A DNA stretch of 64,000 nt, from NCBI GenBank assembly GCA_963701295.1, contig OY969585.1:800001-864000 (forward strand), in the 5' to 3' direction. The notes under the pieces were generated by a model. That model saw only the letters and a program-made list of their open reading frames with translations, was not told where the DNA came from and searched no databases. The stretch comes from Ignavibacteriota bacterium (GTDB taxonomy: Bacteria > Bacteroidota > Ignavibacteria > UBA10030). Below, piece by piece: positions 22,431 to 32,198 of the stretch. The position numbers and the translations under genes were made by a program. Position 1 is the stretch's first letter, and the number at the start of each line of letters is the position of its first letter.

Positions 22431-23099
22431 TTAATGTGTCAGCGCCCAAACAACAATATTGGTTCCGAATCGCAATGCTTCCTGTCGTACCGATTCAGGA
22501 TCACCGTGTTCTTCCGGGTCATCCCAGCCATCGCTTGGATTCGATTCATACGTATAATAGGCGACAAGTCGCCCTTTAAAAAACAACCCGAATCCCTGCG
22601 GTGGTTTTCCATTGTGCTCATGTGTTTTCGGTACACCATTGGGGAAATCAAAATGACAATGGTACAACCCATAGCTGAAAGGTAATTCAACAAGCTCTTG
22701 GTCGGGGAATACTTTTTTTATCTCACGTCGAAATGCTTTATCCAGTCCATAATCATCGTCAGCATACAAAAATCCGCCTTGCTGAAGATATAAGCGGAGT
22801 CGCTGAACTTCATAATCCGAAAAAGAGATATTGCCATGTCCTGTCATAAAGAGGAATGGATACGAGAAGAGTTTATCGCTGGAAAGATCGACAAATTCAT
22901 ACCGCGGGTCGCAATCGATGTTGGTGTTTTGTTGGACGAATTTTAGCAGATTGACTTCTTCTGTCGGACCGTTGTACCAGTCACTCCCGCCACTGTATTT
23001 CAGGCGTGCAATGCGAAATTGAGATTCTATGCGTGGTTGTGCGTCTATCCTATGCAATCCACACAAAACAACGAGTAATGAATAACTGATTATTCTCAT
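22431..23099 (-). CDS. DUF4159 domain protein
   Basis: ARLKYSGGSDWY, YPFLFMTGHG, GGFLYADDDYG, SDGWDD...H...FGTN; start could be 23126. Confidence 0.85.
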   Translation of the reverse strand: MRIISYSLLVVLCGLHRIDAQPRIESQFRIARLKYSGGSDWYNGPTEEVNLLKFVQQNTNIDCDPRYEFVDLSSDKLFSYPFLFMTGHGNISFSDYEVQRLRLYLQQGGFLYADDDYGLDKAFRREIKKVFPDQELVELPFSYGLYHCHFDFPNGVPKTHEHNGKPPQGFGLFFKGRLVAYYTYESNPSDGWDDPEEHGDPESVRQEALRFGTNIVVWALTH

Positions 23100-23250
23100 T
23101 ATTACACTTCCCAATCTTACAATCACTCAATTCTATATACTCACTACAATCAATGTAGAAAATGGTGATGCGAGAATCAAACGATGATATCTTGCAAATC
23201 TGGCTTCTTCTTTCTAAGTTACCAATAATAAAACAATTATTGGTGCATTC

Positions 23251-24762
23251 ATGAACACCACCAAAATCTTCTTTCCCTTCGTTTTTTGTATTCTCGTTTT
23301 CTTCACCGACTGCCAAGCACAAAAGGAACGCATTGACCGCCAGCCTGCAGTGGCGGGACAATTTTATCCGGCAAGTCGCGAAGAACTGAATTCTACACTA
23401 AAACAACTTTTCTCAAAAGCAGTGCCATCAAGAAATATCAAAGACGTCATTGCCATCATCTCACCGCATGCTGGGTATGTGTTTTCGGGAGAAGTGGCAG
23501 CGTCGAGTTTTAATCAACTTGACACGGAAAAAAAGTACGAAAATATTTTTGTTCTCGGTTCGAGTCATTATGTTGCGTTTGATGGAGCGTCGATCTATTC
23601 GCAAGGCAATTTTATTACGCCCTTTGGTACAATAAAGGTAAATACTGAGCTTGCCAATCAACTCATAAACAAGAATAGTATTTTCTCCAATCGCACGGAT
23701 GCTCATGCACGCGAGCACAGTCTGGAAGTACAGCTTCCATTTCTTCAATACCTGTTGAAGAAGGATTTTAGGATTGTTCCCATTATCCTTGGTACACAGT
23801 CGCCGGAAACCTGCAAGCGCATTGCCGAAACATTGAAACCGTATTTGAATTCAAAAAATCTTTTCGTCATCAGCACCGATTTTTCGCACTATCCATCATA
23901 CGACGACGCCAAGAATGTTGATAAATCCACTGCAGATGCGATTCTCACTAACTCACCGGAAAATCTCATCCGTTCTCTAGCGAGCTATGAACGGAAAGGT
24001 ATTTCCAATCTTGCCACGTGCCTCTGCGGATGGACAAGTGTGCTGACGTTGATGTATATGACGGAAAATAATCCGGACATCACCTTTACGCACATTCAAT
24101 ACAAAAATTCTGGAGACACAGAGTACGGCGAAAAGAACAGAGTCGTCGGTTACAACGCGATTGCAATTGCGTTGAAGGAAAGAAAGGCTCATACAGAATT
24201 CAAGCTCAACGATAAAGATAAGAAGGAACTGCTGCTGATTGCACGCAAGACGATCATTGAATATGTGAAAAATCGCAAGACGCTAGAGATAGACGAGAAG
24301 GATCTATCACCAATGACGAAAACAAATTGCGGCGCTTTTGTCACGCTGAAGAAACATGGCGATTTACGCGGTTGTATCGGTCGTTTCGATGCAAGCGAAC
24401 CGTTGCACAAAGTAGTACAGGACATGGCAATTGCGTCGTCAACACAGGATTATCGATTCACACCGGTTGCGCCCGATGAAATTCCGGAATTAGAAATTGA
24501 GATCTCCGTGCTTACACCAATGCGGCGTATTTTTTCCGTAGATGAAATCGAATTGGGAACGCATGGCATTTACATCAGAAAAGGACAGAACTCCGGAACA
24601 TTTCTGCCACAGGTGGCTACGGAAACCGGATGGACAAAAGAAGAATTTCTCGGCCACTGTGCGCAGGATAAAGTCGGCATCGGTTGGAATGGATGGAAAG
24701 GTGCCGAGTTGTTTGTATATGAGGCAATAGTTTTCAGTGAAAAAGCATTAGAAGGTAAGTAA
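23251..24762 (+). CDS. AmmeMemoRadiSam protein B (MEMO1) - protein A (AMMECR1) fusion with signal peptide
   Basis: RQPAVAGQFYP, PHAGYVFSG, EHSLEVQLPFL, STDFSHY; then GAFVTL...LRGCIG, EIEISVLTP, TFLPQVA. Confidence 0.92.
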   Translation: MNTTKIFFPFVFCILVFFTDCQAQKERIDRQPAVAGQFYPASREELNSTLKQLFSKAVPSRNIKDVIAIISPHAGYVFSGEVAASSFNQLDTEKKYENIFVLGSSHYVAFDGASIYSQGNFITPFGTIKVNTELANQLINKNSIFSNRTDAHAREHSLEVQLPFLQYLLKKDFRIVPIILGTQSPETCKRIAETLKPYLNSKNLFVISTDFSHYPSYDDAKNVDKSTADAILTNSPENLIRSLASYERKGISNLATCLCGWTSVLTLMYMTENNPDITFTHIQYKNSGDTEYGEKNRVVGYNAIAIALKERKAHTEFKLNDKDKKELLLIARKTIIEYVKNRKTLEIDEKDLSPMTKTNCGAFVTLKKHGDLRGCIGRFDASEPLHKVVQDMAIASSTQDYRFTPVAPDEIPELEIEISVLTPMRRIFSVDEIELGTHGIYIRKGQNSGTFLPQVATETGWTKEEFLGHCAQDKVGIGWNGWKGAELFVYEAIVFSEKALEGK

Positions 24763-24769
24763 CTCTACG

Positions 24770-25912
24770 ATGCTGAAGAAAGAATTTCCAAAAATCTCTA
24801 AACGCGAATTTCTTCGTCAATGCGCTTTTTGTGCTGGAGGACTTGCGCTTGGAGTGTACAGACCAAATGTATTTTCTATTTCATCGGACATTGATTTAGG
24901 AAAGTTTAGCAAGGAAGCACTCTTCTACACAAAAACCTCCGATGGATTGCAATGTGAAAAGTGTCCACACGGTTGTTTGTTACTGAATGATGGCGATGTT
25001 GGATTCTGCCGCAATCGTGTTGCAAGCAATGGAAAAATCTATTCCATCGCGTACGGTAATCCATGCGCGGTGCATATCGATCCGATCGAGAAGAAACCAT
25101 TTTTCCATTTTCTTCCGACGACACACGCGTTCTCTATAGCTGTTGCTGGGTGCAACTTCCGCTGTCTCAATTGTCAGAATTGGCAGATCTCGCAGATCAG
25201 TCCGAAGGAATCCGACAACATCGATTTAATGCCGGAGGAAGTAGTCAAAGCTTGCCTAGCAACCAAATGTGAATCAATTGCTTACACGTATTCCGAGCCG
25301 ACAACCTTCTACGAGTACGCATATGATACAGCGAAGCTTGCAAGAGAGCAGAAGATTCACAACGTTTGGAAATCCGCCGGCTACATTAACGAAAAACCTC
25401 TTCGTCAATTATGCAAAGTGATGAATGCGGCAAACATCGATCTGAAAATATTCGACGATGCAATATATGCAAAGCTCAGTGCTGGCAAACTTGCTCCGGT
25501 CCTCAGAACACTGAAAATTTTCCATGAAGAAGGTGTTTGGTTAGAAATCACCAATCTTGTTATTCCGACCTGGACAGATAATTTCGATACTATCAAAAGA
25601 ATGTGCGAATGGTTATGTTCCAACAATCTATCGGATACGCCACTACACTTCAGCAGGTTCACGCCGCTTTATAAACTTAGCCAGCTTCCTTCCACACCGA
25701 CTGAAACGCTGGAAAAGGCGCACGCAATCGCAAAAGAATCAGGAATCAAGTTTGTCTATCTTGGCAACGTAGCCGGACACTGGGCAGAAAACACATACTG
25801 CCCAAAGTGCAAGAAAATCATCGTCGAAAGGCGTGTGTTCACAATCCTGAGCAATAACATCGTGAAGGGGAAGTGTAAATTCTGCGGAGAAAAAATCTCC
25901 GGCGTTTGGTAA
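24770..25912 (+). CDS. amrS: AmmeMemoRadiSam radical SAM enzyme
   Basis: DPIEKKPFFHF, CNFRCLNCQNWQISQ (CxxxCxxC), AYTYSEP, LHFSRF, C-terminal CPKC/CKFC. Confidence 0.93.
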   Translation: MLKKEFPKISKREFLRQCAFCAGGLALGVYRPNVFSISSDIDLGKFSKEALFYTKTSDGLQCEKCPHGCLLLNDGDVGFCRNRVASNGKIYSIAYGNPCAVHIDPIEKKPFFHFLPTTHAFSIAVAGCNFRCLNCQNWQISQISPKESDNIDLMPEEVVKACLATKCESIAYTYSEPTTFYEYAYDTAKLAREQKIHNVWKSAGYINEKPLRQLCKVMNAANIDLKIFDDAIYAKLSAGKLAPVLRTLKIFHEEGVWLEITNLVIPTWTDNFDTIKRMCEWLCSNNLSDTPLHFSRFTPLYKLSQLPSTPTETLEKAHAIAKESGIKFVYLGNVAGHWAENTYCPKCKKIIVERRVFTILSNNIVKGKCKFCGEKISGVW

Positions 25913-25918
25913 TATCTC

Positions 25919-28162
25919 ATGGATCGACCACAAGCACTTACACTGCACGTATCTCTCGTTTACATCGGTTTCGGTTCCATCCTCACACAAATTCTTCTTA
26001 TTCGTGAATTCCTCGTTAGTTTCTATGGCAACGAACTAAGTATCGGCATAATCTTTTCTGGCTGGCTGATCTGGATCGGTATCGGAAGTACCGTTGGAAA
26101 CAAGTTGATCAAGAGATTGCAGAGTATCTCGCATCTTTTCTTTATTCTCATCGTTTTAACGCCGCTCGTGACGTTCATGCAAATCCTCGCTGTGAAGTTT
26201 GTCCGAGCGTTTTTACACATTCCAACCGGTGAATTCCTCTCTATGATGGAACTCTTTGGTTTTTCATTTTCGGTTCTCAGTGTTGGATGTTTTTTGTGGG
26301 GGATGCTATTTACACTTGGTGCAAAGATGTTCTCATCAGAAAAAGAAGAACTCTGGCGAGGTGTGAATAAGGCATATGTGTTGGAATCTATCGGAAGTGT
26401 CGCCGGTGGATTGCTTTTTACGTATGTACTTGCATCATTGTTCTCAACTCTGCAAACTGCGTTTTTTTTGCTTTTCAGTACTTGGAGTATGGCGTTTTGG
26501 CATGGTTTGAAAATCAAGAAACAGTTCAAGACAGTCGCTCTTCTTTGTCTCATCGTCTTGTATTATATTTTTTTCCAGCCAATCCGTACGCTTGAACGCC
26601 AGATGAATGCATACGAGTGGTCGCTCATCAACGATAAACTCACATTCGTACGATCGATTGATACAAAATACCAGAATCTCTCGCTTCTCCGTCTGGAAAA
26701 TCAATGTACGATTTACACAGACGGGCGTCCGGCGTACAACATCCCCAACACCTACGAAGCCGAAGTCTTCATACATTCCATTCTGGTTCACCGTTTTGAT
26801 GCAAAGCGTGTGCTTCTTCTCGGCGGTGGATTCAATGGCATACTCAAAGAAATATTAAAATATCCTGTTCAAGAGATAGAGTACGTGGAGATCGATCCCG
26901 CACTTCTTCCCTTTGTCGAACCGGTATTGGACAAACAAAATCAGCAAGCACTTCGAGATCCTCGAGTTAAAATTATATCTGGAGATGGGCGCGAATTTCT
27001 ATCTCGGAATCAGGGTTCCTTTGATGTTATCATCCTGAATATTGGAGAACCGTCGACGGCAAGTTTGAATCGTTTCTTTACCTTGGAATTTTATCAGCAA
27101 TGTTCAACCCGATTGACATCAGATGGTATTCTTGCATTTTCTGTCCCTTCCTCTGCCGAATATATTACAGATGAAATGAAAAACCTGAATGCTTCCATCT
27201 ATCATACATTCAAACAGGTATTCCAGACTGTATTAGTCATACCCGGTGATCACGCCATTTTGATAGGATCGCGGAGTCAAAGACCGTTCATACAAGACCC
27301 TGATTCGCTTGCACATCTCTATGCGATTACAAAAATTTCAGCAGAGTACTTTTCAAAATACATGTTTGAAGAAAAGATGCCACCTGAGAGAATCAAATAT
27401 ATCACAAACGCGTTGGAATCTGTACAAGACTATAGAATCAATACCGATACTGATCCTGTGACATACTATTTCGACTTATTGCTCTGGAATCGATTTCTGC
27501 ATGGAGACAACAGATTTTTTTCTTCCATTAGTCGTACGGGAATATTTGTTGTTGGCGCTCTTGCTGTGGGAATTCTATTCATCATCCTTGTACGTCGCAG
27601 GCAAATTGAAAAACGGGAGCGGAACGCACTTGCTATCATCATAGCCTGTGGAGGAATGATCGGCATGGCACTCAATCTTCTCCTTTTATTGAATTTCCAA
27701 GAAACGTTCGGATCTATTTATGAAATGCTGGGTGCAATGTCGGCCGTGTTCATGCTTGGGTTGGCACTGGGAGCGATGTTTATTGTACGAATCACTCAGA
27801 ATCACAAGATGAAGTTCATCTTGCTTGTTGTTCTCATTGCACTTGTGAGTCTTGTCCTTTTATTGCCGCATTTGTTACATTTTTTGCTTCGCATGCGTTC
27901 CATGCCATTCACACTTATCATCACTATGTCCTGCGGCGGACTCATCGGAATGTTATTTGGGATTGTCAACCGGCTTTATTCTCATCGCGCAACAGATCTT
28001 GGCAGTATCTATGCTTATGATGTATTCGGCTCTTCTGTCGGTGCGTTGATAGCGTGTTCTCTGCTCCTGCCGGTGCTGGGAATTCAAGAAATGACCATGT
28101 TCCTAACGCTCGTCCTCGTACCAGCAATGATTGCAGCAATATTTACTCAGAGAGGTTTCTAA
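25919..28162 (+). CDS. Polytopic membrane protein with central spermidine-synthase-like SAM-binding domain
   Basis: Q..LIREF...FYGNEL start; VLLLGGGFNG, VEIDP, GDGREFL, FDVIIL, NRFFTLEFY; TM blocks on both sides. Confidence 0.85.
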   Translation: MDRPQALTLHVSLVYIGFGSILTQILLIREFLVSFYGNELSIGIIFSGWLIWIGIGSTVGNKLIKRLQSISHLFFILIVLTPLVTFMQILAVKFVRAFLHIPTGEFLSMMELFGFSFSVLSVGCFLWGMLFTLGAKMFSSEKEELWRGVNKAYVLESIGSVAGGLLFTYVLASLFSTLQTAFFLLFSTWSMAFWHGLKIKKQFKTVALLCLIVLYYIFFQPIRTLERQMNAYEWSLINDKLTFVRSIDTKYQNLSLLRLENQCTIYTDGRPAYNIPNTYEAEVFIHSILVHRFDAKRVLLLGGGFNGILKEILKYPVQEIEYVEIDPALLPFVEPVLDKQNQQALRDPRVKIISGDGREFLSRNQGSFDVIILNIGEPSTASLNRFFTLEFYQQCSTRLTSDGILAFSVPSSAEYITDEMKNLNASIYHTFKQVFQTVLVIPGDHAILIGSRSQRPFIQDPDSLAHLYAITKISAEYFSKYMFEEKMPPERIKYITNALESVQDYRINTDTDPVTYYFDLLLWNRFLHGDNRFFSSISRTGIFVVGALAVGILFIILVRRRQIEKRERNALAIIIACGGMIGMALNLLLLLNFQETFGSIYEMLGAMSAVFMLGLALGAMFIVRITQNHKMKFILLVVLIALVSLVLLLPHLLHFLLRMRSMPFTLIITMSCGGLIGMLFGIVNRLYSHRATDLGSIYAYDVFGSSVGALIACSLLLPVLGIQEMTMFLTLVLVPAMIAAIFTQRGF

Positions 28163-28177
28163 CTTTTTTCTCAATTT

Positions 28178-29317
28178 CTATCGAGTCCTTTGTCCTACGA
28201 ATTGTTGAACCCGTTTATCGAGTTGGGGCAGACTACCATCCCGCAAACATGCTTGCAGGTACGTCAAAACAAAAGAGCGGGCTCCATTCATTAGTGTTGC
28301 CGTAAGCGCCGGCCTGCCAAGGTGGGTGTCAATCTCATATGCCATCCGTAGCCCAGAAGTAGCTCCGTAATTGCCTTCGAACGAACCGGAAAGATTCGCA
28401 TCCATTAGTAGTTCCTGTGCGCGTGCACGTGTTAGATTCGGCGACAGTATTTCCCCAAGGACACGGTTCAGCATGTCCACTGCTTTTGATGTCTCGTCAA
28501 ACCACTTTCGAGCAGGAGTCTCTCCTCCAAGATGCGTTTGCAGAGAAAGGTAGTACGCAACACCTTCATTCTGTACTATCTCAAGCAGTTGATCAGCAAT
28601 GTTTCTTGGCCTTAGTGAGTCAGGGAGGGATTTCTGCAGCACGGAAAATGCGGCATGGAAACGTTCATGCGCTGTTGTGCTAAGCACTTCAATGAACTGA
28701 GCGTGTTCGTTTGGTGGCCCTTCAATCAGGCGAGCGAGATTGACAACAATAACAGGTTCTCCTTCCCCTTCGTTGACAAATGTGGGAGTGTCAAAATTCC
28801 ATACAACCCGGCGCACAAACGCAGTGGCTCGTTCATTTCCAATTACAACAAGATACACCGAAAATCGAGTAGAAATTTTTGCTTGTTCCGGAAAAAATGA
28901 GGCGATCGTTGCAACAATACGACGATCAAGCTGTCGTTGTTTAATAGTGTTGAGAAGTTTTCGAAGCTCAGGTATGTGATTTTTTGCGGGAAAAAAACCA
29001 TAAACATCACTTTCGAATCTCGTAATATTCCGCGCCAGTTCAAGCTGGTCACGGAAGTCATCATCCGATTTCGTCGTGCGTGCCAGCATCACGCTTGTAG
29101 CTGCCGCAAGTTGATTACCGCGAAGTTTCGCAACACGATCTGCATTGCCGCTTTGGCGATCAAAAAAATCAAGTGTCTGCTCAGCGGCACTGTAGTCGAC
29201 TCCCAGCGAGAACTCAAAGTTCGGATGTGTTTGTGCGCGTAAAACCTCAGTCGTCAAACTAAGGGATAGCATCATTGCTACAATTGTGTTTACGATGGTA
29301 TATGATTTAAAGTTCAT
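28178..29317 (-). CDS. Exported putative Zn-dependent protease (DUF5700-like)
   Basis: Signal peptide; AHERFH (HExxH) plus downstream QNEGVAYY. Confidence 0.65.
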   Translation of the reverse strand: MNFKSYTIVNTIVAMMLSLSLTTEVLRAQTHPNFEFSLGVDYSAAEQTLDFFDRQSGNADRVAKLRGNQLAAATSVMLARTTKSDDDFRDQLELARNITRFESDVYGFFPAKNHIPELRKLLNTIKQRQLDRRIVATIASFFPEQAKISTRFSVYLVVIGNERATAFVRRVVWNFDTPTFVNEGEGEPVIVVNLARLIEGPPNEHAQFIEVLSTTAHERFHAAFSVLQKSLPDSLRPRNIADQLLEIVQNEGVAYYLSLQTHLGGETPARKWFDETSKAVDMLNRVLGEILSPNLTRARAQELLMDANLSGSFEGNYGATSGLRMAYEIDTHLGRPALTATLMNGARSFVLTYLQACLRDGSLPQLDKRVQQFVGQRTR

Positions 29318-29481
29318 AAGAATTCTCTACGTTTATAAAAAAGGTAAGAGGAAAGTAGAAGGATGTCAAATCTCATTGTTCCTTTTTCTTGCTCCAACAC
29401 AATTTTTCTTTCTTACAACATTTCCATACATTTATGTAATGAGACAACGATAGTTTCTTGAATTAAATTCTAAAAAAATCT

Positions 29482-30372
29482 ATGCCTTATGCCGGCGAGC
29501 TGAGCGCTCTTATGACCTCAATAATGTGGACGGGAAGCGCGCTTGCATTCGCTGCTGCAACTACTCGTGTTGGTTCGGTCTATGTGAATATAGTTCGGCT
29601 TCTTGCTGCTGTTATACTTCTTTTTGTTACAATTATTGTTTGGAACATTCATGACAACATTTCAATTTTACAGACTGTATTTTTAGTCGTGAGCGGTTTG
29701 GTTGGGTTTGTTTTCGGCGATACCTTCCTTTTCAAATCATTTGAATATAACAGTGCGCGGATCGGCATGCTTATTATGTCGGTTGCACCGGCAGTGACTG
29801 CGTTGCTTGCATTTATCTTTCTCGGCGAGACACTCACACCCATGGGCATGGTTGGCATGGCCGTCACGCTTACAGGTATTATGTTGGTTATACTTGAACG
29901 TAAGGAAGTGTCAACGCATCATTTACCTGTATCAATGGCAGGAGTATTCTACGCTTTTCTCGGTGCGCTGGGTCAAGCAGGCGGATTAATACTGGCAAAG
30001 TTCGCATTCGTTATAGGGCCAATGAATGGATTTATCGCTACGTTCATTAGAGCATTTGCCGCTACCTTGGTACTCATACCACTGAATTATTTTACAAATC
30101 GATTTGCACGACCGAGAACCGTATTTTCAAACAATCCGAAAGCATTGGCTTTTACATTGCTCGGCGCGGTTCTTGGTCCATATCTCGGTGTTACATTCAG
30201 CCTTATTGCCATATCGATGACCAAAGTTGCTATCGCAGCAACAATTATGTCGATTGTTCCTATCCTTATGCTTCCAACTGTGTGGATTCTCTTTCGTGAG
30301 CAGCTGTCGTGGCGGGCTATTGTTGGCGCCTGTATCGCCGTCACCGGAGTTGGGATTTTATTCCTTCGGTAA
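29482..30372 (+). CDS. DMT/EamA family transporter
   Basis: About 10 TM in two repeats; SGLVGFVFGDTFLF, GPYLGV. Confidence 0.9.
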   Translation: MPYAGELSALMTSIMWTGSALAFAAATTRVGSVYVNIVRLLAAVILLFVTIIVWNIHDNISILQTVFLVVSGLVGFVFGDTFLFKSFEYNSARIGMLIMSVAPAVTALLAFIFLGETLTPMGMVGMAVTLTGIMLVILERKEVSTHHLPVSMAGVFYAFLGALGQAGGLILAKFAFVIGPMNGFIATFIRAFAATLVLIPLNYFTNRFARPRTVFSNNPKALAFTLLGAVLGPYLGVTFSLIAISMTKVAIAATIMSIVPILMLPTVWILFREQLSWRAIVGACIAVTGVGILFLR

Positions 30373-30472
30373 ATCGGGCAAACAGGGTTGAACGATAATA
30401 TTTAGTACGCTAAAGAGAGAATATTTAAATGTGTAATCGGTTATGTGGTGTCTTAATGTTTGCGGAAAAAAA

Positions 30473-32020
30473 TCAGTCTGGCATTTGAAATTCTTTATCC
30501 GGCGGGCGGATATCATCGTGCATTCTGCGTAGTGCGCGGTATGCTGTCTCGCTTCCCCGTTCCATACACTTGTGAAACTTGCGGTAGGCTTCTCCTATGT
30601 TGAGTGGTACACAAATTCCATGCTCGGCACAATAGGCAAGCGTCAAACTTGAAAGCAATGACCCTTGTTTTGCCATGGTATGAAGGAATGTCAGTGCTGT
30701 ATCGGCATCCTGCGTGTGTAATTGACCTATTACATTCGCAGCCGCAAGACGAACCTGCGCCTCTCGGCTTCCTAAAGCAGCGGCTCGTGTCCATAGTTCT
30801 GCGGCCTTCATGCGATCCTGCTGCGTCCATCGTCCGACGAAATAGCATGAACCTAATTCCACGATCGATGGAACGTGTTCCATCACAGCGGCGCGCAAAA
30901 GCAATTCAAACGCTTGCTTCTCATTCAACATTTTGCTAAAACCCAACGATGTTAATCCTGACCATACATATAGCGCGTCCGGATTCCTCTTCGATGACTG
31001 TAATTCAAGCTCCCGCCCAAACTCTTCTGAATTCGTCAGCTTCCAGAGCAATGCCGGCGCACGAAAGGAATCCAGATGAAGCGCGCGGAGATAATACACC
31101 GCGGCAAGGAGAGGATCTTTCATGACATTCAATCCATGTTCATAGCAGCGACCGAGCAAGCAGAGGGCTTCAGGATTACCCGCTTCCGCCGACGCAAGGA
31201 AAAACGAGTGTGCACTCGAATCTAATATCGATGCTTGTTCGCCTGTGACTGGTTGTTTCACCAACGGCACACCAACGGCTTTGTACGCTTCACGAATCAA
31301 TGTTGTGTCCGCAACACTGGTTGCCGTGTCCGTGTGAAAATCGATAAACAGAAGTGCGACACCTGTGTCTGCTGCAGTACGGCGTGCGGCAGTGTTTTTT
31401 TCATCAGGCATAGTGTTTGTTTCTACCGTATCGAATCCGCGCCGCAGCATTTCTTTCATCGTTTGTCTTGCATCTTCAAATCCAAGTTCCGCCGCCTTCT
31501 TGAAATAGCGATAGGATTTTGGCCAATTGCGCGGAACAACAAAATTCTCCGTGTATTGCAGCCCGAGAACGTACACTGCCTCCGGAACTTCCTGTGTTGC
31601 CGCTACGCAAAAATACTTGAACGCCTTGAATGGATTCCATTCAACGCCGTCGCCGTTGATCGACAGCAGTCCGAGATTGAATTCTGCCAGTGGAAGTTGT
31701 TGATCGGCTGCCCGCTGAATCCAGTACACAGCCTTCGGGGTATCAACAGGAAATCCTCTCCCCAGCAAATACCTCAATCCTAGCTCATGCTGTGCAGGAG
31801 CCTCTCCGGCATTCGCTTTTTGCATAAGGACGAATTCCTCGAGAAGCTGATACTCAAGCGTTGAGGGAAGAACATATGGAAGAGCAAACGCCGTCTCTGC
31901 ACTTTTGAATGCCTGCGGTTTTTTCTGCTGCTGTGCCAGCAACAGGATAGGGGCAACCAGTAGGAATGTGCATACACCGTATGCAATGGTATGGATTCGT
32001 CTTTGGATGACTTTCGCCAT
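30473..32020 (-). CDS. Exported Sel1-repeat protein
   Basis: Repeats such as AQHELGLRYLLGRGFPVDTPKAVYWIQRAA and ALCLLGRCYEHGLNV. Confidence 0.9.
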   Translation of the reverse strand: MAKVIQRRIHTIAYGVCTFLLVAPILLLAQQQKKPQAFKSAETAFALPYVLPSTLEYQLLEEFVLMQKANAGEAPAQHELGLRYLLGRGFPVDTPKAVYWIQRAADQQLPLAEFNLGLLSINGDGVEWNPFKAFKYFCVAATQEVPEAVYVLGLQYTENFVVPRNWPKSYRYFKKAAELGFEDARQTMKEMLRRGFDTVETNTMPDEKNTAARRTAADTGVALLFIDFHTDTATSVADTTLIREAYKAVGVPLVKQPVTGEQASILDSSAHSFFLASAEAGNPEALCLLGRCYEHGLNVMKDPLLAAVYYLRALHLDSFRAPALLWKLTNSEEFGRELELQSSKRNPDALYVWSGLTSLGFSKMLNEKQAFELLLRAAVMEHVPSIVELGSCYFVGRWTQQDRMKAAELWTRAAALGSREAQVRLAAANVIGQLHTQDADTALTFLHTMAKQGSLLSSLTLAYCAEHGICVPLNIGEAYRKFHKCMERGSETAYRALRRMHDDIRPPDKEFQMPD

Positions 32021-32198
32021 GATAGTGACCTATTCTACAATTTCGTATATTGTCATCGTAATTGCCAGTGTAAACCTGTTCCGCATCTGCGCCCAGGATA
32101 GTTAGACGCACGCAGGACACTCCCGGTTTCTTAGAAGTGAGGCATTGCAGCCTAAAAGAAAAAACAGAATAAAGCGTTTCTTTAACGAAAGAAAACCT

